IMG/VR virus record: IMGVR_UViG_3300034103_002674
Span: 6,301 to 70,300 of that record
DNA: 64,000 nt
Reading direction: 5' to 3' (one strand)
Source of the DNA: a virus
Shown here in pieces: positions 25,073 to 32,433 of the stretch; the stretch's first letter is position 1, and every line of letters starts with the position of its first letter. The position numbers and the translations under genes are program-made. The notes below the pieces were generated by a model that ran no database searches, had not been told where the DNA came from, and worked only from the letters and a program-made list of their open reading frames with translations.

Positions 25073-27149
25073 CCTCTGCCTCCAGGATATCCTTGAAGCG
25101 CTCAGGCGCTTCTTCTTTCCATTGATTCAATGCAGCAGAAATGTCTTCTTCATCAATGAGAGAAGCTTCGTCAATATCAGCAAGAATTAGCCCACTTGTT
25201 TTTAGCGGCTCAATTGCGTCCGTTTTGCTGCTAACCATTTTTGCTGGTCCTTTCCGCTCCGGATCGGGATCTGCTGCACGCTTGCGACGCACAATTGTCT
25301 GGCGCTCTTCCTTGCTCATAGCCTGAGCTTTTGCCTGAGGAAGGCACTTGGGCTTACCTTCTTTTTCTTCGCGAGCACCGCAAGGTCCAAGAATTTCACC
25401 ATTAGCGCCAATCCTCACCCATTTCTCTTTGAACCATTTGTCAAGATCGTCGGCATGCAGCTCGCCTTCATCGCTTTTAAAGGCGCCGCTCAAAGAACCG
25501 TGCTTTTTCTTGTACATTTGCTTGTACTGCTGGACAACATATCCACTTGCATAGGCAGAAGGCCATACTTTAAACTTAGCCTTGGCAGCACTTACTGCAC
25601 GAGAATGAAGCTCTTTGTCAGCAAACTCCACGTCACCGCGAATTTCTTCTAAATCGCGAGGCAAGAAAAGCCCTGCAGCGGAGTCCTCGACTTCCCTGCT
25701 CCCATCCATTGGAAGCGTGCCATTTTCTTCATTCATTGGATCACGACCACCAGGAGGCACTGCAAAGCCACCCCGATCAGGGGTGGCTCCACCCATTTCT
25801 TGAGTGGGCATTTCATTGGCCCGTTCCACTGAGGGATCGAGCGTAAGCTCCATGCTCCACTCAGAACCGCCGTAACGGGCGTCTGCCACTTCCTTAGGTG
25901 TAAGGACACCCAGTTGGATGTAGCGACCGTCTACAGCCGCTACGCGAGCCCTTACGTCAGCCATTTCGCGCTCGTTAAGCTCGAACAATGGGTTGAACGC
26001 AATGCGCCATGAATCGGGCATTTCTCCCTTCGTTGGACCTTCCTTACTCAGCATGATGTATTCCATCAGCTTTTTCATTGGGCGTTTGAAATGAACACTT
26101 TGATAGTCAGCAAGTGTCTTAGCAAAATCACGCTCTTCACTCCGACCAGTGGAACCAAGTCCGCTTGGACTTTCACCAAATAAAACAGTATGAGGAATTT
26201 TGCTGGCGCCAATAATATCCACGCGAAGCTTCTCTAAAATTTCTCCAATGCCACCAAAATTACGACTAATAAATTCAAGCTCTTCTTTTTCAGCGTCAAT
26301 CGCGTAGCCGCGATAAATGCTCTTGCTCATATCATTCACTTGCAAGCGATCACGAATGGAGCTTTCTTTGCCAGCAGCAAGCATCGCTGCGAGCCCCCTC
26401 ACCTTGTGAACAAAAATATCAAATTCAGTAAGAAGCGTTGCAGCAGAATTAAGGCCAGTCCAATAATGACGGAAGCTGTCATAAACAGTTTGCAAGCTGC
26501 TCATGCCCCAGCCATAATTGCGCTGCCTCACGCGATAAGGCAGCCAATCGCCATCAAAACGCAAAATCCTGTCCTTGTGAATATAGGTGAGTGTAGGTTC
26601 GTTAATTAAATCGCCAGAAATAATTTGATAGTAAGTTGCCTTGGAATAGTCATAGAGATTTTCTTCGTTGATAACTGGAGCAATTTGCCAACGATCAAGG
26701 CATTCAATCTCTTCAATGCGGCGAATATTGCGTTTATCAACAGGCATATAAGCAGGGCGTCCATCGTCAATAAACAAAAGTAGGCATGCCCCTCCATAAA
26801 GACGTGAATTCTTTGCGGCGAGATTTAAGTGCTCAAGAATATACAAATCTTCAATTGCCTGCTCAATCCCTTGCACTTCCTCGGCCCTTACACCATCGCC
26901 ACCAAACAACACCTTGAAACCCTTACGCGTGGCTTGATCTGCATAGATATCTACAATACGACGAGGCAGCCATTCGCCATAAAGATTTTCAAGCTCTTCC
27001 TGGGCAAGGAAGACAGTGGCGGTGGTCTTGGTGTACTGGGCCTTGTCACGGCCAGTTCCCATGCCAATCAGCACGTTTTGAAGACCATCCGCGCGAATAC
27101 CGCCCGCACTGGCATGGCCTAAATCAATTGCTTCGCCTTCCATAACCAA
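25056..27149 (-). CDS. Portal protein (DUF1073-like) with C-terminal extension
   Basis: 'RIVDIYADQATRKG...RLYGGA...IHKDRIL...IPHTVLFGESPSG...FNPL'. The extension contains 'WPSAYASGYVVQQYK...LDKWFKEKW'. Confidence 0.88.
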   Translation of the reverse strand: MVMEGEAIDLGHASAGGIRADGLQNVLIGMGTGRDKAQYTKTTATVFLAQEELENLYGEWLPRRIVDIYADQATRKGFKVLFGGDGVRAEEVQGIEQAIEDLYILEHLNLAAKNSRLYGGACLLLFIDDGRPAYMPVDKRNIRRIEEIECLDRWQIAPVINEENLYDYSKATYYQIISGDLINEPTLTYIHKDRILRFDGDWLPYRVRQRNYGWGMSSLQTVYDSFRHYWTGLNSAATLLTEFDIFVHKVRGLAAMLAAGKESSIRDRLQVNDMSKSIYRGYAIDAEKEELEFISRNFGGIGEILEKLRVDIIGASKIPHTVLFGESPSGLGSTGRSEERDFAKTLADYQSVHFKRPMKKLMEYIMLSKEGPTKGEMPDSWRIAFNPLFELNEREMADVRARVAAVDGRYIQLGVLTPKEVADARYGGSEWSMELTLDPSVERANEMPTQEMGGATPDRGGFAVPPGGRDPMNEENGTLPMDGSREVEDSAAGLFLPRDLEEIRGDVEFADKELHSRAVSAAKAKFKVWPSAYASGYVVQQYKQMYKKKHGSLSGAFKSDEGELHADDLDKWFKEKWVRIGANGEILGPCGAREEKEGKPKCLPQAKAQAMSKEERQTIVRRKRAADPDPERKGPAKMVSSKTDAIEPLKTSGLILADIDEASLIDEEDISAALNQWKEEAPERFKDILEAEDVQPQ

Positions 27150-27217
27150 CGCTAATGGCTAAGTTGTATTGCTTTTAGTCTAAAAGCTGGATACATTGTC
27201 CGTAGAAACTAGCCATT

Positions 27218-27730
27218 ATGGACTTCTTGGCTCCGCCATTGACTTTTGCCTTTAGCGAAGACCAGCGGCAACGCGCTCGCGCCGAAGCGCTTCGCAGGCA
27301 AGCCCTTAATGAGCATCAATGCAGAAAAAGTCGGAACAATGGTGGGGAAAAAGCGGAAAAGGGAGAACTAGCGCTTCGCTATCACCTTCTAGGCGCCGCA
27401 GGCGAAATGGCAGTAGCCGTCATGCTTGGCATGGAAGATAAGCTCTATCAAGAAACTGAAGCAAAGCGCGGTTCCGCAGATCTTCCTCCCAACATCGATA
27501 TCAAAACTCGCTCCAAGCATTACTACGATTTAATCGTTCAACTAGATGAAAGTCCAGATAAGATATTGGTGCTCGTCACAATTGAAAATCGCATTACGCT
27601 CATCCATGGTTGGATAAAAGCAGTCGATGCGATGAAGGAACAATGGAAGAAAGATCCAGCAGGTGGTCGCCCTGCCTATTTCGTTCCCAAGACTGAGCTA
27701 CTTTCTTTGTCTCTATTGAAATACAAGTGA
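27218..27730 (+). CDS. Hypothetical protein, possible PD-(D/E)xK-like nuclease
   Basis: 'GAAGEMAVA...ADL...IDIKTR'; coupled to the terminase gene by a GTGA overlap. Confidence 0.55.
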   Translation: MDFLAPPLTFAFSEDQRQRARAEALRRQALNEHQCRKSRNNGGEKAEKGELALRYHLLGAAGEMAVAVMLGMEDKLYQETEAKRGSADLPPNIDIKTRSKHYYDLIVQLDESPDKILVLVTIENRITLIHGWIKAVDAMKEQWKKDPAGGRPAYFVPKTELLSLSLLKYK

Positions 27731-29097
27731 ATTTAACTTGCAGTCAATTCGCTAAACACGCCCTCGGCCTTGAACTCTATCCAGCGCAAGCTCGCATCTT
27801 GGATGAATTCTTTCAGCCAGGCAAGTCTCATGCAGTATGGGCACTAGGACGAAGAAGCGGCAAAACATTGATGGCTGCAGTGGCATGCCTCTATATGTGC
27901 TTTGTTCTAGAAGAGGAATACCGTCGCAAGGTGAGAAAAGGGGAGCGATGGTATCTGGTGACAGTGGCAAACAGTCAAGATCAAGCCCGCATTGCTCTAA
28001 ACAATATCCGTCAATTAATCATTGAAAGCCCTTTCGCGCAAGAAATTGTTCGCGAGACAGCGGACATTATCGAACTCAGTAATAATTGCGTGTTTAAGGC
28101 CATTCCTACGTCAGGCCGAGCTGCTCGTGGTCTTGCCTGCGCCGGAGCAGTATTTGACGAGCTTGCATTTGCCACTGAAGGCGATGCAAACAGTGGAGGT
28201 CGTGGCATCTATGACGCACTCTCTCCCGCCATCGCTCAGTTTGGAGGGAAAGGACGCATTCTTGAACTATCTTCTCCATGGCTGACTGACGGTATTTTCT
28301 ACCAGCATTTCAAAGAAGCATCATCAGGACGATTCCCTTTCATGCAAGCAGTGAATCTCCCAACGTGGGAGATGAACCCAAATATTTCGCAAGAGTTTCT
28401 TGACACAGAGAGGCAGCGCGATCCCGAAAAGTTTAAGGTGGAATATGGAGCGCAATTTGCCTCCAATCTTTCGGCGCTAGTCAATAGCGATGTGATTGAT
28501 GCTTGTATTGATGACCGCCGTGCAGCACTACCACCACGTCCTGAATTCCAGGGAGCTTACGTCCTTGCCCTTGACCCCGCCCGTGGTGGCGTTGGCCGCG
28601 ACGACTACACTGCTTGTATTGTTCACTACGAAAACGGCACTCTCGTCGTGGATAAGTTCCATTCGTTCGTAGCTGATTTTGAAATTAATGGAAGAAAGGA
28701 GGTGAATATCAATGCAGTGGAAGATTGGATTAAGGAGCAACATCGCCTATATGTATTTGACACTATTGTGATGGACCAGTTCAACAGCGCTGGCACTATT
28801 CAAAGCCTGGCCAGTGATTTGCCCATCACGGAACTCACTTGGACCGTTAGTTCAAAAATGAAAGCTTTCAGCAAGATGCGAGAGCTTTTTAACGCAGGAC
28901 AAATCAATATTTATCGTCACGAGAAGGCAATTATGCAGCTCAAAAATCTAACAGTGGTCTATAAACCAAGTGGACAATGGAGTGTAACTGGTGGTAAAGC
29001 CACTGGTATTGACGACTTGGCATTCGCCATGGCTGGTGCCATTCTTGCCGCGAGCAAAGATGATGACATTGGTTGGATCGAAAGCTTAATCTCCTAG
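27727..29097 (+). CDS. terL: Terminase large subunit
   Basis: Walker A 'GRRSGKT', Walker B 'AVFDELA', motif III 'LSSP', nuclease 'LALDPA...DD.A.A'. Confidence 0.93.
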   Translation: MNLTCSQFAKHALGLELYPAQARILDEFFQPGKSHAVWALGRRSGKTLMAAVACLYMCFVLEEEYRRKVRKGERWYLVTVANSQDQARIALNNIRQLIIESPFAQEIVRETADIIELSNNCVFKAIPTSGRAARGLACAGAVFDELAFATEGDANSGGRGIYDALSPAIAQFGGKGRILELSSPWLTDGIFYQHFKEASSGRFPFMQAVNLPTWEMNPNISQEFLDTERQRDPEKFKVEYGAQFASNLSALVNSDVIDACIDDRRAALPPRPEFQGAYVLALDPARGGVGRDDYTACIVHYENGTLVVDKFHSFVADFEINGRKEVNINAVEDWIKEQHRLYVFDTIVMDQFNSAGTIQSLASDLPITELTWTVSSKMKAFSKMRELFNAGQINIYRHEKAIMQLKNLTVVYKPSGQWSVTGGKATGIDDLAFAMAGAILAASKDDDIGWIESLIS

Positions 29098-29128
29098 TAT
29101 GATTTTCAAACAATAGTTCTGTCATGAA

Positions 29129-29392
29129 GTGACTTATTGCAAATTAACTATGCAGGAAACAAAGTTTCTTGTGGCCTTGTTGGAAAATGCTCCCACTAGC
29201 AAGCAAACTTCTCTTCAGCTTCTTGCTGCCGAACACTTATATATTCCTACATTGCTTCCAAAGCTCAAAGCTCATGCCAAGCGCCTAAAAGAAGAGGAGC
29301 AATTGGAGCGCTCTTGGGAAGCGGAGGCCACCACTGACGACTATATGCCAGATCATCAAGGCGATGAAAGCTTAAGAGAATATGACGCCTGA
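29129..29392 (+). CDS. Hypothetical protein
   Basis: 87-aa ORF downstream of terL. Confidence 0.55.
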   Translation: MTYCKLTMQETKFLVALLENAPTSKQTSLQLLAAEHLYIPTLLPKLKAHAKRLKEEEQLERSWEAEATTDDYMPDHQGDESLREYDA

Positions 29393-29416
29393 TCGTCGTC
29401 GTGTTATGATTTCAAA

Positions 29417-29560
29417 GCTTTCGCGAAGCACGCTGGCCAGCGTTTTAAAGAACAGTATCGGGGGATGCTGTTCGTTGTCACAAAATGGAGTCAAGGCCAT
29501 GGGCCGACCCATGGTTAAACGCTGTGCAAAGGCGGATTGAAGCCCCGCCCTCAGCACCTT
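29417..29560 (+). ncRNA. Candidate structured ncRNA upstream of tRNA-Leu
   Basis: Extended -10 TGTTATGAT at 29402-29410. Enclosing helix CAGCGTTT/AAACGCTG with two internal hairpins, plus a 3' GGCGG/CCGCC hairpin. Confidence 0.5.
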
Positions 29561-29570
29561 TACTCCTCAC

Positions 29571-29645
29571 GCCCCTATAGCCCAATAGGCAGCAGGCAGG
29601 TCGCTTAAAACGACCACAGTGCAGGTTCGAATCCTGCTAGGGGCA
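29571..29645 (+). tRNA. trnL: tRNA-Leu(TAA), intronless, short variable loop
   Basis: Acceptor GCCCCTA/TAGGGGC, anticodon arm GGTCG-CTTAAAA-CGACC, T arm GCAGG-TTCGAAT-CCTGC, discriminator A; CCA not encoded. Confidence 0.9.
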
Positions 29646-29664
29646 TCATGTTAAGCTGAAAGGA

Positions 29665-29715
29665 CGTTCACCCCAGCGATGGGGCGCATGACTCGCACGG
29701 TACGGAACGGGACCG
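29665..29715 (+). promoter_or_regulatory. Glutamine-II (Downstream-peptide) riboswitch-like element
   Basis: CGTTCA-CCCC..GGGG-CGCA...GACTCG...ACGGAACGGG directly upstream of a DUF4278-like peptide, which is the established context of this motif. Confidence 0.7.
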
Positions 29716-29734
29716 CGCATCATCGGGAACCATC

Positions 29735-29854
29735 ATGAACCCTCTTGCCCTGATCAAGCAGCAGCTTGAGAAAGCCGCTCGTTTGCGTGAAGCTCAAATG
29801 GCTTCCCTCGTTTATCGCGGCGTTGCCTACGTGCCCAAGCCTCATTGGTTTTGA
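29735..29854 (+). CDS. DUF4278-like small protein (39 aa)
   Basis: Hand-translated MNPLALIKQQLEKAARLREAQMASLVYRGVAYVPKPHWF; carries the L.YRGV.Y motif. Confidence 0.8.
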   Translation: MNPLALIKQQLEKAARLREAQMASLVYRGVAYVPKPHWF

Positions 29855-29863
29855 GCATTAAGC

Positions 29864-29888
29864 AAGGGGCCTCAAGGCCCCTTTTTTA
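29864..29888 (+). terminator. Intrinsic terminator
   Basis: AAGGGGCC-TCAA-GGCCCC followed by T6. Confidence 0.8.
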
Positions 29889-30063
29889 TTGACTGCACTG
29901 TGCATTCACTATCGTTCCAATGGCGAATGGCATTAGCAACAATGGCAATATTAGTAATTAAATAAGAAGCAAAAATAAACGTGCGGACAATTGCAACTGT
30001 ATCTGCTTCGCGATTATGCTTTCCCGCCTTCTCTCCCAGTGCCTTCGCCCAAATTCGCCACAT
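29872..30063 (-). CDS. Small membrane protein
   Basis: 'MWRIWAKALGEK...AD.VA..RT' followed by one hydrophobic helix. Confidence 0.6.
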   Translation of the reverse strand: MWRIWAKALGEKAGKHNREADTVAIVRTFIFASYLITNIAIVANAIRHWNDSECTVQSIKKGP

Positions 30064-30259
30064 TTGCTTCTTGCCGATGAATGTAAGATTTTAGTTCATG
30101 AAGATAAGCCCTAAGCATGGCCGCCTTCTCTAGATGCCATGGATCGCGATATTTTAGATACAAAGCCATATGAGCATCTACGGCTTTAAGAATTTGATGA
30201 ATGGGAGCGTTCCATGGCTCCCTAATGGGCGTGTTGAATGTCCGACGACGTTCGTCCAC
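30014..30259 (-). CDS. Hypothetical protein
   Basis: 81-aa ORF overlapping its neighbours. Confidence 0.55.
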   Translation of the reverse strand: MDERRRTFNTPIREPWNAPIHQILKAVDAHMALYLKYRDPWHLEKAAMLRAYLHELKSYIHRQEANVANLGEGTGREGGKA

Positions 30260-30794
30260 GGCGGAAAAATTCTTTTATATCTTCAAATGCTACTGGAGCG
30301 AAGTCATTCACTTCTAAACAAGCATTAAAGAAACGCTTGTCAACTTGTCCATTGTCATCCAGAATACGATGGCAATGCAAATGGCCATGTACATTACCTG
30401 TGTAATGCCCAGATAAGCACGATGGATGTACGGGAATATGTGTGAAAATTAAGCCACCGGGAAACGTGCTATCACAAGGATGAAAGAATGCTCCCCTCAC
30501 ATCTTCAAAATATGGCAAATAGTCTTTCAATGCGCCTTGATCATGATTACCACGAATGAGAATCTTTCTTCCATTGAGACGAGAAAGAAGCTTTAACGAT
30601 GCGCGAGGAATAACTACATCACCGAGATGGTAAACAGTGTCGCGTTTGCCTACTTTCGCGTTCCATCGTTCGATAATAGTTTCGTCCATTTCTTCACACG
30701 ATGCAAATGGACGCAATGGTTCGCCATCGGGACGCGCAAAATCAATCATTTTTGCGTGACCGAAGTGAGTATCGCTTGTAACGAAAGCACTCAT
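30222..30794 (-). CDS. Calcineurin-like metallophosphoesterase
   Basis: 'SDTHFGH...HLGD...GNHD...TH.P...HGHLH'. Confidence 0.9.
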   Translation of the reverse strand: MSAFVTSDTHFGHAKMIDFARPDGEPLRPFASCEEMDETIIERWNAKVGKRDTVYHLGDVVIPRASLKLLSRLNGRKILIRGNHDQGALKDYLPYFEDVRGAFFHPCDSTFPGGLIFTHIPVHPSCLSGHYTGNVHGHLHCHRILDDNGQVDKRFFNACLEVNDFAPVAFEDIKEFFRRGRTSSDIQHAH

Positions 30795-31039
30795 TTCTCT
30801 TTGCTCTGCGCATGCTCAACAGCGGCTCTTAATTTGCAGCCCGCCACTTGCCCATCTTTGGCAACGCTAATGACATAAGCGTCTTCTCCTTGCACCTTCA
30901 CTGCCTCCTCTATCGCTGCTACTCCCATTGCAATGATGGTGCCAGTACTTACATTCAGTCTTCTTGCAAGATATTTGAGAACTGTTTGCAAATCTTCGCC
31001 AACGTCATACGTGGCTGCGCGAGGCGATGGTTTGAGCAT
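30791..31039 (-). CDS. Hypothetical protein (possible ribbon-helix-helix)
   Basis: 82 aa; strand-helix-helix pattern. Confidence 0.45.
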   Translation of the reverse strand: MLKPSPRAATYDVGEDLQTVLKYLARRLNVSTGTIIAMGVAAIEEAVKVQGEDAYVISVAKDGQVAGCKLRAAVEHAQSKEK

Positions 31040-31245
31040 TATTGATATTCACCTACCACGCAAGTTCCTACAAAAGGCCGGTCCATTGCCTCAAGTGTCT
31101 TGATAATCAGTTCCTCGGCTTCCTCAACGCTTGCAAAGTGCATAAAGCGATCTTCCCACCACCACAACACCTTTTGCTGCACATGATACCTTGCCACTCG
31201 TGGATCAAGAATAGATGGCTTTTGAACAATGCGAAACCGTGCCAT
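31039..31245 (-). CDS. Hypothetical protein
   Basis: 68 aa 'MARFRIVQK...Y.VQ.K..WWW'. Confidence 0.6.
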   Translation of the reverse strand: MARFRIVQKPSILDPRVARYHVQQKVLWWWEDRFMHFASVEEAEELIIKTLEAMDRPFVGTCVVGEYQ

Positions 31246-31271
31246 GGTTCAATGGAGAAGCGCATTTATCA

Positions 31272-31628
31272 TAGGGCATCTCTGGGAATTGAACCCAGTA
31301 CTCTAGGCTCCATGGCCTAACGTGTTCCGTACACCAAGATGCAGGGCCCCTCCTGTTTGTGCATCATCCCTAAAAACCATTTTGTTGGCGCCAACAATAT
31401 GGTCTCCGTCTGGGAGCTAAGCATGGAGGGGAGTGATGGAGCAAGCGTGACTGGCCTACCGACAATCGGGCTGTGAGTTAACCAGGCGTATCCAAACAGA
31501 GGCTTGCCCTCTATCAAAATGCAAGCCAGGAAAGGCACTCCACAACCAACGGTGGACCTCAGAACTGGCTGCACACTGCCGACAGAGCAGCAGTGGTGAT
31601 GGCCCGATGCAAAGCAGAGCGGGAACTC
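31272..31628 (-). ncRNA. Candidate ~350-nt structured RNA ending in a tRNA-like cloverleaf
   Basis: Extended -10 TGATATAGT at 31641-31633; several nested helices; 3' element with T arm CTGGG-TTCAATT-CCCAG. Confidence 0.5.
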
Positions 31629-31638
31629 ACTAACTATA

Positions 31639-32376
31639 TCACGCCCGCCCGTATTGAGGCAGGTCGTTGTTAGCAGCCTCGAAAAAACTGGGCATTCTGC
31701 TGCGAGCCGTATCATTCAGCTCTTCTGCCTTGCCCTTCTCAAACAAGCTATCACTCTGGCGCAGCCAGAAATCCTTGTTCAACCACTTGTCATTACTTGC
31801 CTGCAGCGCATCAAAAGCCCACAATGCAGTAGCACGGCGCAGTTTGTTCAGGCTCTGCCCAGCAGTTTCGCCAAGCTCGCGAGCAACAAGGCTATGCACG
31901 CCAACGTGCGTAATTTCATCCCGGCTAATGTCGGCAGCCACAGTGCGAATGCCAATATCTCCATTGAAACGGAAAAAAGGCAATGCAACAAAGAAAATAC
32001 TCCGCTCGAGAATGGCAGCTTTCAAAATGGGATGGGCAGGATGCTCTTGCCATGCCTTAAGGATGTTCGCCACTTCCTTTTCGGCCTTCTCATTGGTGCC
32101 ATGGGCAGCCGTCACATAGTTCAGTGCCTCATCATGCCGCTGCTCATCGTCTTGGTTATGACGCAGCGCTTCAACCACGCCAGGCGTAGCAGGGAGGTCG
32201 CGCTCTAGTCCCTGCTGTAGAAAGTCCTTCACAGGCAGTTCCAGGTGGCGCAGAGCCAGCAGATTGTAAATCGTGTCCTCGCCACCTTCCTTAAGCTTGC
32301 CCTTGCTAACAGGCACCGCTTGCCAAGGACGCTTCTTGGCAATCATGGACAGATAGGGGCTCTTGACAGCGTTCAT
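31639..32376 (-). CDS. nrdB: Ribonucleotide reductase beta subunit (ferritin-like, cyanophage short type)
   Basis: Di-metal ligands 'ELPV...DEQRH...ERSIFF...DEITH'; downstream of the alpha subunit. Confidence 0.85.
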   Translation of the reverse strand: MNAVKSPYLSMIAKKRPWQAVPVSKGKLKEGGEDTIYNLLALRHLELPVKDFLQQGLERDLPATPGVVEALRHNQDDEQRHDEALNYVTAAHGTNEKAEKEVANILKAWQEHPAHPILKAAILERSIFFVALPFFRFNGDIGIRTVAADISRDEITHVGVHSLVARELGETAGQSLNKLRRATALWAFDALQASNDKWLNKDFWLRQSDSLFEKGKAEELNDTARSRMPSFFEAANNDLPQYGRA

Positions 32377-32405
32377 GGTCGTAGTATCGTGCAGGTGTGT
32401 GAGGA

Positions 32406-32433
32406 GAAAGGGGCCCTAAGCCCCCTTCTTTTT
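32406..32433. terminator. Hairpin between the RNR genes
   Basis: GAAAGGGGC-CCTAA-GCCCCCTTC followed by a T-run. Confidence 0.5.

Noticed and set aside
31272-31343. Canonical tRNA or tmRNA
   Set aside because: The anticodon loop is not 7 nt, the D loop is truncated and the first acceptor pair is mismatched. There is no Ala-type GGGGC acceptor or tag reading frame.
31317-31715. 132-aa ORF on the - strand
   Set aside because: It overlaps nrdB out of frame and has no recognisable motifs; the region is better explained by RNA helices.
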